In this document: piece by piece, positions 49,097 to 59,072 of the stretch
Layout of the letters: every line of letters begins with the position of its first letter
Position numbering within the stretch: the stretch's first letter is position 1
Source of the DNA: Thermodesulfobacteriota bacterium
Lineage (GTDB): Bacteria > Desulfobacterota_D > UBA1144 > Nemesobacterales > UBA2774
Reading direction: 5' to 3'
Assembly: GCA_965216785.1 (NCBI GenBank)
Contig: OZ244197.1
Location: 1,024,001-1,088,000 of the forward strand
DNA: 64,000 bases
The notes under the pieces: generated by a model
What the model saw: the letters and a program-made list of their open reading frames with translations, nothing else
Told to the model about the DNA's origin: nothing
Database searches by the model: none
Translations under genes and position numbers: made by a program

Positions 49097-49951
49097 ATGA
49101 GTAACGAAGGTAGATTTAAAGATAAGGTAGTAGTCATAACAGGGGCATCGAGCGGAATAGGACGAGAGACGGCAATACAATTTGCCCGGGAAGGCGCGAG
49201 GACCGTACTCGTATCCCGCTCCAGGGATAAGCTGCAGAAAGTAGCGGCTGAGATTGCTAAGTTCAATACGAACGTATTGGTTATCCCAACTGACGTCTCC
49301 TCTCCCGAGCAGGTAAGCGCTATGGTGAAGGAGGTCGTTTCAAAATACGGTACAGTCGATGTTCTATTTAATAACGCGGGCAACTCGTACGTAGGAGCAG
49401 TAGGAGGCAAGGACTTTATCGCTAACGCCAAGAAGATGATGGACGCCGATTACTTCGGGACATTATATGTTACGACCGAAGTTCTCCCGGTCATGAAGAG
49501 ACAGGGGTCGGGGCATATTATGAACATGTCCTCTGTAGTGGGTAAAAAGGCATTCCCGCATTTTGGCGGATACTCTGCTGCCATGCACGCTATTACCGGG
49601 TTAACCGACGCACTCAGGCAGGAACTCAGGGGTACGGGGATCAATGTCTCAACAATTCATCCCGCCCTAACACAGACCCCGCTCCTTGACAGCGTAAGGC
49701 CTGAGGATATGCCGCCGCCGTTCAGGCGGTTTACGCCAATTGCCGTTGAAACCGTTGCCAGGGCGGTGCTTGACGGAGTGGAATATAACAGGGCGCGTGT
49801 TGTAGTGCCGTTTCAGCCGAGGATGCTTTTCCTTTCGGACTTTATCTCGGCCCGCTTCGGGGACTTGGCGGTTAGGCTCATTCAGAACAAGCTGTTTGCC
49901 ACTCTGATTGGGACGTACCGGGGAAGGGTGTACCGGCACGGTGTATCGTAA
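49097..49951 (+). CDS. SDR-family oxidoreductase
   Basis: TGASSGIG and NNAG motifs; catalytic motif reads YSAAM; AGGAGG RBS before 49097. Confidence 0.9.
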   Translation: MSNEGRFKDKVVVITGASSGIGRETAIQFAREGARTVLVSRSRDKLQKVAAEIAKFNTNVLVIPTDVSSPEQVSAMVKEVVSKYGTVDVLFNNAGNSYVGAVGGKDFIANAKKMMDADYFGTLYVTTEVLPVMKRQGSGHIMNMSSVVGKKAFPHFGGYSAAMHAITGLTDALRQELRGTGINVSTIHPALTQTPLLDSVRPEDMPPPFRRFTPIAVETVARAVLDGVEYNRARVVVPFQPRMLFLSDFISARFGDLAVRLIQNKLFATLIGTYRGRVYRHGVS

Positions 49952-50185
49952 TATGATGTGAGCGGTGAAGGTATATAAACTGCTCTCCGGGTTTTTAATA
50001 CTGTTATTCTAGTTGCGTCTTTTTGTGTAGTTCCGGCTCTAATGGGTAGATGCGTGTTACATACTACAACTTGAATCTACCCACTTTGAGCAAGCGGGGC
50101 GTTTATAGGTTATGTTTAAGGGGTTCTAAGTTTTATTTCTCGGTTGACAACGCGGCTGTGATTATGAAACTTAGTGGGTCTAAAT

Positions 50186-51763
50186 ATGCCTGAGGTTATG
50201 AAAAAAACGCCCGAGCAAAGCTCATTAGGTGAAGTATCCGGCGTAAGCTTTGTAAGTAAGAGCACAGGTAGATGGGTATTGCTGGTTGCTATTATAGGAT
50301 CGGGAATGGCCTTTATTGACAGTACCGCAATGAATGTTGTGGTGCCTGTGCTTCAGCAAGAGCTGAACGCGACCATTCCGCAAGTACAGTGGGTTATGGA
50401 GGCGTATGCTCTTTTTATGTCATCGCTTATGCTCCTTGGCGGCGCGCTCGGCGACAGGTTTGGCAGAAAGCGTATATTCGCTTTAGGAGTGGTTGTCTTC
50501 ACCGCGGCCTCCATGTGGTGCGGTCTTTCTCCAAATACGAGTCAGTTGATTGTAGCAAGGGCGTTTCAGGGAGTTGGGGGCGCGCTGCTTGTGCCGGGCA
50601 GCTTGGCAATTATCACAGTATCGTTCAGTGAGGAAAACCGGGGGCGGGCAATAGGCACGTGGTCGGCGTTTACGGCGATCACCACAGCTATGGGCCCGAT
50701 ACTGGGCGGTTGGCTTGCTCAGAATATTTCGTGGCGCTTGGTATTTTTCATAAACTTGCCGCTTGCTCTTATTGTTTTGGGAGCGCTTTTTTGGCGCATA
50801 CCGGAAAGTAGAAAGGAAAACGGCAGCGGGGGGTTGGATATATTGGGGTCTTTATTCGCTACTCTGGCACTGGGCTGTATAGTGTTCGCGCTTGTTGATT
50901 CGGGTAATATAGGGTTTGGGCATCCCAAGGTTATTATTCCCCTTGTAGCTGGGGGGATTTTCTTTATCTCCTTCATTTTGTATGAGTGGCGCGCTTCATC
51001 GCCGATGATGCCGCTTTCACTCTTCAGGTCTAGGACCTTCAGCGGGGCGAACCTGATATCGTTTTTGTACTGGGCCGCTTGGAGCAGCGCAGTATTCTTT
51101 ATCCCCTTCAATTTAATACAGCTTCAAGGCTATTCGGCTGCCGGTGTGGGAGTCGCTTTTGCCCCGCTAGTGATAGCGCTCTTTCTTTTTTCAAGATGGG
51201 CTGGGGGTACAGTGGCAAGGTACGGAGCTAAACCAGCAATTATGGCAGGGACAATCCTTGCCTCAATTGGGTTCTATCTGTTTACTCTGCCTACTATAGG
51301 CGGGAGTTACTGGACTACGATTTTCCCAGCTATTACGGTGCTTGGGATCGGGATGGCAATCGTCATCTCTCCGCTAACGACGGCTGTGATGAGCTCGGTC
51401 GAGCTCGAAGAATCGGGCGTGGCCTCAGGCGTGAATAACACTGTGGGAAGGATCGCCGGGCTTTTGGCTATCGCCGTTATGGGCGTGTTCGCTTTAAGCA
51501 CTTTTAACCGCAACCTCGACCGTGACCTGGACCGGCTCGAGATAACAACAGAGACCAGAGAGTCCATCGATTCGCAGCGAATAAAGTATTTACTAATTGA
51601 GATACCCGAGAACGTTGAGCCTTCTACCCGTAAGGCCATCCGCTCGTCTATTAACAACTCATTTCTGGCAAGTTACAGGCTTATTATGATGATATCCGCG
51701 GGGCTCGTGCTTATCGGGTCGGTTGTGGCCTGGCTTACTATAGAGAAACGAAAGCCCGGCTAG
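50186..51763 (+). CDS. MFS transporter (DHA2, 14-TM)
   Basis: GALGDRFGRKR and WRLVFFINLP motifs; start uncertain. Confidence 0.92.
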   Translation: MPEVMKKTPEQSSLGEVSGVSFVSKSTGRWVLLVAIIGSGMAFIDSTAMNVVVPVLQQELNATIPQVQWVMEAYALFMSSLMLLGGALGDRFGRKRIFALGVVVFTAASMWCGLSPNTSQLIVARAFQGVGGALLVPGSLAIITVSFSEENRGRAIGTWSAFTAITTAMGPILGGWLAQNISWRLVFFINLPLALIVLGALFWRIPESRKENGSGGLDILGSLFATLALGCIVFALVDSGNIGFGHPKVIIPLVAGGIFFISFILYEWRASSPMMPLSLFRSRTFSGANLISFLYWAAWSSAVFFIPFNLIQLQGYSAAGVGVAFAPLVIALFLFSRWAGGTVARYGAKPAIMAGTILASIGFYLFTLPTIGGSYWTTIFPAITVLGIGMAIVISPLTTAVMSSVELEESGVASGVNNTVGRIAGLLAIAVMGVFALSTFNRNLDRDLDRLEITTETRESIDSQRIKYLLIEIPENVEPSTRKAIRSSINNSFLASYRLIMMISAGLVLIGSVVAWLTIEKRKPG

Positions 51764-51845
51764 CGGGTTTGTGTGTTACCCATAAGACTGCAACCTTTTT
51801 CCCTGAACTGGTATCCTATATTTATATTCTGAAACGGAGACCGAT

Positions 51846-52250
51846 ATGGAAAAGAAAGTGAAAAAAACGGACGATGAATGGCGGAGCGTCCTAACTGATG
51901 AGCAGTACCATGTAACAAGAGAGAAGGGTACGGAGAGGCCCTTTACCGGTAAGTACCACGACCATAAGGAAAAGGGCATGTACGTGTGCGTAAGCTGCGG
52001 CGAGAAGCTCTTTCACTCAGATACCAAGTTTGACTCGGGTTCGGGATGGCCAAGTTTTTACAAGCCCCATGGGGATGACAAGATAGCCGAGGAAGTTGAT
52101 CAGAGTCATGGGATGGTGAGGACCGAGGTTCTGTGCAGCATGTGCGACGCGCACCTTGGACACGTGTTCCCGGACGGTCCGAAAGAGACAGGACTCAGGT
52201 ACTGCATAAACTCATGCGCGCTTGAATTCAAAGGGGACGAAGAAGAGTAA
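51846..52250 (+). CDS. msrB: Peptide methionine (R)-sulfoxide reductase
   Basis: [27 protein letters not shown] and RYCINS motifs. Confidence 0.97.
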   Translation: MEKKVKKTDDEWRSVLTDEQYHVTREKGTERPFTGKYHDHKEKGMYVCVSCGEKLFHSDTKFDSGSGWPSFYKPHGDDKIAEEVDQSHGMVRTEVLCSMCDAHLGHVFPDGPKETGLRYCINSCALEFKGDEEE

Positions 52251-52412
52251 GGCTAAGTAGCATGCACTCTGTTGTTATTTTCTATTAAGCTAAAGCGAGC
52301 TAAGCCCAAAATCTGAATTGCCTTAACAATTCAGTTTGCCAACATACTTGTGTAATCACCTATAACTACCGAAGGATAGAGCGCCGTTTGTAGATGCAGC
52401 CGTATTGAGTGG

Positions 52413-52487
52413 TGGTGGCGACGGGTGGATTTGAACCACCGACACAGGCCTTATGAGAGCCCCGCTCTGCCCCTGAGCTACGCCGCC
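52413..52487 (-). tRNA. tRNA-CAT (probably elongator Met; Ile2 not excluded)
   Basis: GGCGGCGTAGCTCAG...CTCATAA...GGTTCAAATCC...GCCACCA with encoded CCA; paired G1-C72, so not initiator. Confidence 0.92.
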
Positions 52488-52776
52488 GTTTGTTTTGGTT
52501 AAATGATAAATTTTCGGCAATATCTTTAGAAAATCCTTTTTGGCCAAAGGGCAAAATATATCATGACTGATGCAAGTTTCAAGATTTTATAAAGCAAAGC
52601 CGCACTTTTTTCTAAATACGGTTTTTTGTACAGGCATACCAAAACGGCTCTTTGAGAAAATTTATTCGTGATTTAGAGTAAATTAATTTTGTGTTGTTTA
52701 GGGCGGTTACGTGTAGCTGCAAATTATTTGCAAATATCCTCTTGACAGCTTAAGTAAAATACTTTATTTTTATTGT

Positions 52777-52868
52777 GAATCTTAACACTAAAGCTTAACA
52801 ATTCATCCTCCATCCTCCTTTAAAAGAGGGAATGCCTTAGAGACAATCTGGACATTCCCTCTTGTTGT
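52777..52868 (+). ncRNA. Candidate sRNA with tandem anti-SD motifs
   Basis: TTGACA(52742)-17bp-TATTTT promoter, CATCCTCCATCCTCC, and an 11-bp stem AAGAGGGAATG/CATTCCCTCTT. Confidence 0.5.
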
Positions 52869-52993
52869 ATCTAAAGAGTTTTTTCCTAGGGCAATTTATC
52901 CCATATCTTATATTAATAGCTATCCAGATTTGAAATAAAGGGTAATATATTATTCTCCGAAAGGGACAATGTCTGAGGGAGTAACAGCTCTTT

Positions 52994-53605
52994 ATGAATA
53001 GAAAAAAGGTATATTACGCGCTGGTAACCGTACTGGTCCTGATTGCAATAGGCTGGGGGATAATACTCTTTGTGCTTTTTATGGAAAAGAGTAAGGCTGA
53101 TTTTTACGGAAATATTTATGATAAAGGCAGAGCTCCCGAGTTTTCACTGACCGACCATAACGGAAATAGAGTGAAGATGTCGGATTTTAAGGACAAAGCG
53201 GTGCTCCTTTTCTTCGGATATACGCAGTGTCCCGATATATGCCCTGTTACAATGGGAACGCTGAAAACTGTCATGGATAATTTAGGTGAGGAAAGTAGCC
53301 GTGTGCAGGTGCTTTTCATTACAATAGATCCGGAGAGAGACGATCAGGAGAAATTAAAGGGCTACGTTCCTTATTTTAGCGAGAGCTTCATCGGGCTCAC
53401 GGGAACTCCTGAGGAGATTGACAAGGTAGCCGATGACTACAACGCGTTTTATATGAAAGAGGAAGTGGACTCCGAGTCAGGCTATCTGATGGGCCACACC
53501 TCTGCTGTTTATCTGGTCAATCCAAAGGGCAAGTTCGTATTGAGATACCCGCAGAACAGGATGGACCCCGTACGCATAGCTGAAGACATAAGGAATATCC
53601 TGTAA
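52994..53605 (+). CDS. SCO family copper chaperone
   Basis: FGYTQCPDICP, DPERD and conserved His (MGHT). Confidence 0.95.
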   Translation: MNRKKVYYALVTVLVLIAIGWGIILFVLFMEKSKADFYGNIYDKGRAPEFSLTDHNGNRVKMSDFKDKAVLLFFGYTQCPDICPVTMGTLKTVMDNLGEESSRVQVLFITIDPERDDQEKLKGYVPYFSESFIGLTGTPEEIDKVADDYNAFYMKEEVDSESGYLMGHTSAVYLVNPKGKFVLRYPQNRMDPVRIAEDIRNIL

Positions 53606-53644
53606 TTCCTTTTATGTAAATTCTATCTAGAGAGGTTTTCACAT

Positions 53645-54097
53645 ATGATAAAGATTCTAGCAGTGATAATGTTAAGTCTTGGTTTTGTGAGTTTTTCCTA
53701 CGCTCAGCAGCAAATTGAAATTACCGAGGGCTGGGTGAGAGGGACTCCGCCGGGGACTACGATTACCGCCATGTATATGAACGTTGAGAATAAGGGTGAA
53801 CAGGAAGACGTTCTTAGCAGTGTGTCGTCAAAAATATCAAAAAGCGCCGAGATTCATCAAACTTCAGTCGACGATAAGGGAGTCGCAAAGATGGAGATGG
53901 TTGAAAGTGTTGCCATACCCGCCGGTGAGGCCGTTCAATTTAAGCCTGGAGGTATGCATATAATGCTGATAGATTTGGAGGAGCCTCTAAAGAGTGGGGA
54001 TGAGGTGGAAATAGAGCTTGTGTTTGAGAAAGCAGGCAATATTAAAGTGCAGGCAGAAGTTGTAGGTGTTGGAGAAAAACGCAGTGGGCAAAAATAA
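53645..54097 (+). CDS. Copper chaperone PCu(A)C
   Basis: EIH...M...KPGGMHIML motif; signal peptide. Confidence 0.93.
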   Translation: MIKILAVIMLSLGFVSFSYAQQQIEITEGWVRGTPPGTTITAMYMNVENKGEQEDVLSSVSSKISKSAEIHQTSVDDKGVAKMEMVESVAIPAGEAVQFKPGGMHIMLIDLEEPLKSGDEVEIELVFEKAGNIKVQAEVVGVGEKRSGQK

Positions 54098-54108
54098 CTG
54101 ACTTGCTG

Positions 54109-54567
54109 TCAGTTTGTTTCTTCGACGTCGATTGTGGTTGATGGCAGCTCTTTTGTCGGTGCGTTTGATTCAAACATTATATTTTCCGGAGTATCAGCCA
54201 TCTCGCATCTTCCGTTAAACGTAGCGCCGTTTTCAACGGTTAGCTTTTCTATGAATACATCGCCCATTACCGAGCCCGAGCTTTTAATCTCCAGCTTGCC
54301 GGACTCAATGATTCCTTCGACCCTGCCGTAGACGATGGTTTCGGCTGCTTTGATCTCACCCTCGACCACACCGTTTTCACCGACTATTAGATTATATTCC
54401 CCGGCTATTTTCCCCTTAAGCTGACCGTCTATCCGAGTTGAAGATGTGGTTGTAACGTTACCCTCAAATACGCAGGACTCTCCGATCAGCGTAGTAATTT
54501 GGTTTGCGTCTGTTTTGCTCACAGTCACAGGCCTCTCTTCTTTCTTTTTATTTCCGAACATTCCCAT
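54109..54567 (-). CDS. Bactofilin (polymer-forming cytoskeletal protein)
   Basis: TLIG....FEG, RIDG, VGENGVVEGEI and GATFNGRC. Confidence 0.92.
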   Translation of the reverse strand: MGMFGNKKKEERPVTVSKTDANQITTLIGESCVFEGNVTTTSSTRIDGQLKGKIAGEYNLIVGENGVVEGEIKAAETIVYGRVEGIIESGKLEIKSSGSVMGDVFIEKLTVENGATFNGRCEMADTPENIMFESNAPTKELPSTTIDVEETN

Positions 54568-54570
54568 AAT

Positions 54571-55401
54571 TTATTTTAAGGTCAGATAATTTGCCGGGTC
54601 TATCCTCTTTCCATTCTTAACCACTTCGTAATGGAGATGCGTTCCGGTAGATCTTCCGGTAGAACCCGCTTTCCCTATAACCTCCCCTACAGTGACTTTT
54701 TGACCTTCCTTAACGTTGAGAGCGGACAAATGCCCGTACAGGGTCTCGTAACCGTCTTGGTGGTCTACTATCACGGTTTTCCCGTAGCTGTGGTGCCAAC
54801 CTGCTTTCGTAACCGTGCCGTCAGCTGTTACTACTATGGGATCACCATGATCAGCGTCAATATCTATTCCCGAGTGAAAACCGTATTTAGAGCGGAACGG
54901 ATCGCTTCTATAGCCGAACTTGGAGTTTAATTTTCCATCGAGCGGGCTTCCAACCGGTATGCCTTTCATCGTATCGTAAATCTCTTCTATATCTTTCTTC
55001 ATGTACTCTACATATGATATGTTAAGCCTGTCGGGAGGGATAAATTCTCCTCCTACGGATAGATGTTTTTTTATTCCTTTTTTGTCCAGAAGCTCCTGCA
55101 TTTCTAAAAGTGTTTCCTCTATGTCCGTTAACCTGGTTCTGAGCTTGGTTTCTATAACTTCGCTTTCTGTTATGTCTTGGTTCATTATATTAATAGCGCT
55201 TAGGAGCTTATTTACCGAATCTGATTTTATCTCTGAGTCTTTATAAAACATGTAGGTCGAAGTGAAAGAAAGAAGGGAGAAAATTGTGAAAACCGTGAAT
55301 GCGAATAGTGCTACTTTTAGGTGAGAAACTTTCATGCTGAACGATTTAGCCCCTTTACTGCCGGGTTTAACCAGCATGATGGTTATACGATTACTATCCA
55401 T
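54571..55401 (-). CDS. M23 family metallopeptidase
   Basis: FHSGIDI, YGHL and STGTHLHYEV motifs; N-terminal TM and coiled coil. Confidence 0.93.
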   Translation of the reverse strand: MDSNRITIMLVKPGSKGAKSFSMKVSHLKVALFAFTVFTIFSLLSFTSTYMFYKDSEIKSDSVNKLLSAINIMNQDITESEVIETKLRTRLTDIEETLLEMQELLDKKGIKKHLSVGGEFIPPDRLNISYVEYMKKDIEEIYDTMKGIPVGSPLDGKLNSKFGYRSDPFRSKYGFHSGIDIDADHGDPIVVTADGTVTKAGWHHSYGKTVIVDHQDGYETLYGHLSALNVKEGQKVTVGEVIGKAGSTGRSTGTHLHYEVVKNGKRIDPANYLTLK

Positions 55402-55574
55402 TAGTGCCTCCAGATGTGATTGGTCAACCAGACAATCGGTATACGAATTCTGATGAATTAACCCAATTTAATAAAAAGCAAGAATACATTTTATATGAAC
55501 GGAATGCAACCCTATATTTCACTACGGTTAATCTGCCCTTAGCTGCCTTACCCAGTAGATATGGGGACGTGGGC

Positions 55575-55710
55575 GATCCTTCGACTGCACACTTCGTGTG
55601 CGCTCAGGATGAACGGATTTTGTGAATGATGCAGTAGGAACGGACGGGAGCACTGAGCACGATCCGGGGAATTGGTAAGCAAGCCCGCCTTCGCTAAAGC
55701 TGCGTCGAGT
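55575..55710. repeat. REP-like palindromic elements
   Basis: GATCCTTCGACT-GCACACTTCGTGTGC-GCTCAGGATGA and GCCCGCCTTCGCTAAAGCTGCG. Confidence 0.45.
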
Positions 55711-55885
55711 CTGGCCGTCTTCCCGCTCCCTCGAAGTGACGCAATGGATAAATCAATTCGAGCTTGCGGTGAATCAGGATTCTGGATAATATCATATTAG
55801 AAGTATTCGTGTCCGGAATACTCAACTGGGTTACGGGCTCTTTTCCATAAGGGGTAATTGAAAATTAAAATTACGGTGCCGACAA

Positions 55886-56725
55886 ATGGGTAAGGTAATA
55901 AGTGTTTCAAATCAAAAAGGCGGGGTCGGGAAAACGACAACAGTAGTAAACTTGGCCTCATCACTTGCAGCTGCCCAAAAGAAAACATTAATTATAGATT
56001 TTGATCCCCAGGCAAACGCCACTAGCGGTGTGGGCGTGGACAGAGAGGGGATTGAGAAGAGTATATACGACGCGCTTGTCGGCGAGACGGACATTAAGGA
56101 AATGATAATTGAAGTCGAGCCCGACACTCTAAAGGGTTATTTGTGTATTGTGCCCACTACACCCGAGCTTGCCGGAGCAGAGATTGAGCTGATACACTTG
56201 GAGCAAAGGGAGTGGAGGCTAAAGCGCGCCATTGAATCCGTAGCCGCAGAGTTCGATTTCATACTAATTGATTGCCCTCCTTCATTGAGCCTGCTTACCG
56301 TAAACGCGCTCACCGCTTCGGATTCTGTATTGATTCCGGTCCAGTGCGAGTACTATGCCATGGAGGGTCTTGGGCAGCTTAAGAGAACTATATCGCTTAT
56401 TAAACAGAGGTTAAACCAGGGGCTTGCTATAGAGGGTTATCTGCTTACGATGTTCGATTCACGCAATAATATCTGCCACGTAGTGGCAAACGAGCTCAAA
56501 TCATATTTCGGAGGCGATGTGTTTGAGACAATAATAAACAGAAATGTAAAGTTGGCCGAGTCTCCGAGCCACGGAAAGCCCGCGCTTCTCTATGACGTAA
56601 AGTCTATAGGCGCGCAGAGCTATCTGGCGCTCGCTCAAGAGCTTATTAATAAAAACAGCCCCGTTAGCATGGAAGCGGAGGAGGGCCTAGGAGGTGCGGG
56701 AGTTGAAAAAAACTACTTTGGGTAG
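55886..56725 (+). CDS. parA: ParA/Soj ATPase
   Basis: NQKGGVGKTTT, DPQANATSG, IDCPPSL and PVQCEYYA motifs. Confidence 0.96.
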   Translation: MGKVISVSNQKGGVGKTTTVVNLASSLAAAQKKTLIIDFDPQANATSGVGVDREGIEKSIYDALVGETDIKEMIIEVEPDTLKGYLCIVPTTPELAGAEIELIHLEQREWRLKRAIESVAAEFDFILIDCPPSLSLLTVNALTASDSVLIPVQCEYYAMEGLGQLKRTISLIKQRLNQGLAIEGYLLTMFDSRNNICHVVANELKSYFGGDVFETIINRNVKLAESPSHGKPALLYDVKSIGAQSYLALAQELINKNSPVSMEAEEGLGGAGVEKNYFG

Positions 56726-57563
56726 AGGGCTTGACGCTCTTATTCCTAAGGAGACTGTGGAGACAGGTTCTTCTGGGAGAGAAGGGTTTATAGTTGCAGG
56801 TGTTGAAGAGGTCGCGCCAAACAGGACCCAGCCCAGGAAAGACTTTGACGATGAGTCGATAGCGGAGCTTGCTACATCAATTAAAGAAAAAGGAATAATT
56901 CAGCCGATCGTAGTTAGGAATACCCCGGATGGCTATGAGATAATCGCGGGAGAAAGAAGGTGGAGAGCGGCCCAGAGAGCGGGTCTTACAAAAGTTCCTA
57001 TCATAGTTAAGCACGCCACCGACAGAGAAGTGCTGGAGCTTGCCCTAATCGAAAACCTTCAGCGTGAGGACTTAAACCCTATAGAAGAGGCTATGGCGTA
57101 TAGTCAGCTCATTGAGGATTTCGGGCTTACTCACGAAGATGTCTCGGGGCGGATCGGGAAGGACAGATCAACCATAACAAACCAGCTGAGACTTCTTAGG
57201 CTAACAGAGCAAGCCAAACAGGCCCTTGTTGAAGGAGAGATCACTGCAGGCCACGCGCGCGCTTTGCTCAGCATCGAGTCTGAAGACAAGTCCTTGCAGG
57301 TCTTAAGCGCGATTATAAAACAGAGGCTTTCCGTGAGAATGACAGAAAGCCTGATACGGAAACTGTCGGAGGAAAAAAAACCTGTGGCGCAAGAGCCTTC
57401 AGAGGACGATATATATTTAAGGCGGATGTCCGATGAGCTTAAGAGAAACTTGAATACGAAGGTAAGGATTGTAAATAAGAAGGGTAAGGGTAAGATAGAG
57501 ATCGAGTATTACTCACAGGACGAGCTGGACAGGCTCTGCCGTTTATTGTTAGATAGCCAATAA
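56703..57563 (+). CDS. parB: ParB/Spo0J
   Basis: LGRGLDALI, AGERRWRA and IENLQREDLNPIEEA; AGGAGG favours TTG at 56703. Confidence 0.96.
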   Translation: MKKTTLGRGLDALIPKETVETGSSGREGFIVAGVEEVAPNRTQPRKDFDDESIAELATSIKEKGIIQPIVVRNTPDGYEIIAGERRWRAAQRAGLTKVPIIVKHATDREVLELALIENLQREDLNPIEEAMAYSQLIEDFGLTHEDVSGRIGKDRSTITNQLRLLRLTEQAKQALVEGEITAGHARALLSIESEDKSLQVLSAIIKQRLSVRMTESLIRKLSEEKKPVAQEPSEDDIYLRRMSDELKRNLNTKVRIVNKKGKGKIEIEYYSQDELDRLCRLLLDSQ

Positions 57564-57584
57564 CTCACTTATTAGCGGGATAAA

Positions 57585-57845
57585 ATGAAAGAGTTTAAAG
57601 TTAAGATAGAGGTTAAATTAAAACCGGTTGTTTTAGACCCTCAGGGCAAAACCGTTCTTCAGGCCCTAAATAATTTGGGGTATGAAGAGGTAGAGGACGC
57701 CAGGATCGGAAAGCTCATTGAGCTTAGGTTAAGTGACGGAAGTGAAGCGAATGTAAGGGAGAGGGTAGACGAAATGTGCGCGAAACTCCTGTCAAATCCG
57801 GTGATTGAGAATTTTGAAGTAAATATAGAAGAGCAAAATGCTTAA
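57585..57845 (+). CDS. purS: FGAM synthase subunit PurS
   Basis: VLDPQG, RIGK and LLSNPVIE motifs. Confidence 0.95.
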   Translation: MKEFKVKIEVKLKPVVLDPQGKTVLQALNNLGYEEVEDARIGKLIELRLSDGSEANVRERVDEMCAKLLSNPVIENFEVNIEEQNA

Positions 57846-58557
57846 ATTCGGAATTATAGTTTTTCCAGGGTCCAACTGTGACCACGACTGCTATCATACT
57901 GTAAAACATGTGCTCGGACACGATGCTGAGTTCATCTGGCATGAAGAGACGGATCTTAGGGGTTTTGATTGTATTATAATCCCCGGGGGGTTTTCCTACG
58001 GTGATTACCTGAGGACGGGCTCTATTGCGAGCTTATCTCCGATTATGAAATCGGTCTCTGACTACGCATCCTCAGGCGGAGCCGTAATAGGCATATGCAA
58101 CGGATTCCAGGTGCTTGTGGAGGCGGGACTGCTGCCGGGCTCACTCATAAAAAACGCCTCTCTCAAATTTATCTGCAAGTGGGTGAATTTAAAGCTCGAA
58201 AATGACGACACATTGTTTACATCGAATTTGAATAAAGGGGATGTGCTCAGGATACCGGTGGCGCACGGGGAAGGGAATTACTTCTGCACGGCGGAGGATT
58301 TAAAGGAGCTTGAGTCTAGTGCCCAGGTTGTGTTTAGGTACTCAGACCCGGCGGGAGATGTGAGCGAGGAGGCAAATCCCAACGGCTCATTGAATAATAT
58401 AGCTGGTATAACGAACAAAGAGGGTAATGTGCTCGGGATGATGCCCCATCCCGAAAGGTGCTCCGAGGGGATAATGGGCGGTGAGGATGGAAGAGCTATT
58501 TTCGAATCCCTTATATCGAATCTTCATCAAAAAGGTAGGGTAAAGAAAGAGGCCTGA
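57838..58557 (+). CDS. purQ: FGAM synthase subunit PurQ
   Basis: [24 protein letters not shown] and MMPHPER motifs. Confidence 0.97.
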   Translation: MLKFGIIVFPGSNCDHDCYHTVKHVLGHDAEFIWHEETDLRGFDCIIIPGGFSYGDYLRTGSIASLSPIMKSVSDYASSGGAVIGICNGFQVLVEAGLLPGSLIKNASLKFICKWVNLKLENDDTLFTSNLNKGDVLRIPVAHGEGNYFCTAEDLKELESSAQVVFRYSDPAGDVSEEANPNGSLNNIAGITNKEGNVLGMMPHPERCSEGIMGGEDGRAIFESLISNLHQKGRVKKEA

Positions 58558-58580
58558 AAATATAGGGCGCAGAGTTTATT

Positions 58581-58724
58581 ATGATAAAGCTCCTTATTCT
58601 AGTATCTATAGTCCTCATCGCTTTTTGGATGGGCAAGCAATCGGCAATGTTGGGAAGGAAAAAAGTACAAAAAAGAGATACTGAAGATAAACCGCCCGTT
58701 ATAGATATAGAGACCGAAGATTAG
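58581..58724 (+). CDS. 47-aa single-TM protein (not in ORF track)
   Basis: MIKLLILVSIVLIAFWMGKQSAMLGRKKVQKRDTEDKPPVIDIETED. Confidence 0.65.
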   Translation: MIKLLILVSIVLIAFWMGKQSAMLGRKKVQKRDTEDKPPVIDIETED

Positions 58725-58832
58725 CTAAGCCCAAAACACCATTGTTTGTACCGTTTAAGCCTCTATGGTACCCTTAAACGCGGTAAATAATTTGCATAAC
58801 TCATCTAGATTATTAGAGCAAGGCTATAATCT

Positions 58833-59072
58833 ATGGAGAATAATAAAGTTAACGCCCAGATCGATATAACTAAAGAAATCTGCCCTATGACATTTGTAAA
58901 AACAAAGCTGAAATTGGAAACAATGTCCGCTGGGCAGGTACTCGAAGTTACGCTCAGGGAAGGTGAGCCGCTGATAAATGTTCCAAGGAGCGTTGAGCAG
59001 GAGGGCCACAAAGTCCTAGATATACACAGGGAGGAAGGGGACGTATTTAAAATCCTAATTGAGCGCTGCTGA
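58833..59072 (+). CDS. TusA-family sulfurtransferase
   Basis: IDITKEICPMTFVKTK and GQVLEV. Confidence 0.9.
   Translation: MENNKVNAQIDITKEICPMTFVKTKLKLETMSAGQVLEVTLREGEPLINVPRSVEQEGHKVLDIHREEGDVFKILIERC

Noticed and set aside
50043-50083. Hairpin TGGGTAGAT...ATCTACCCA between the SDR and MFS genes
   Set aside because: A single 9-bp stem with no U tract or second copy; too little to call.
52356-52554. Short ORFs over the tRNA; possible island attachment site
   Set aside because: The ORFs are tRNA shadows; no duplicated tRNA 3' end or integrase was seen in the window.
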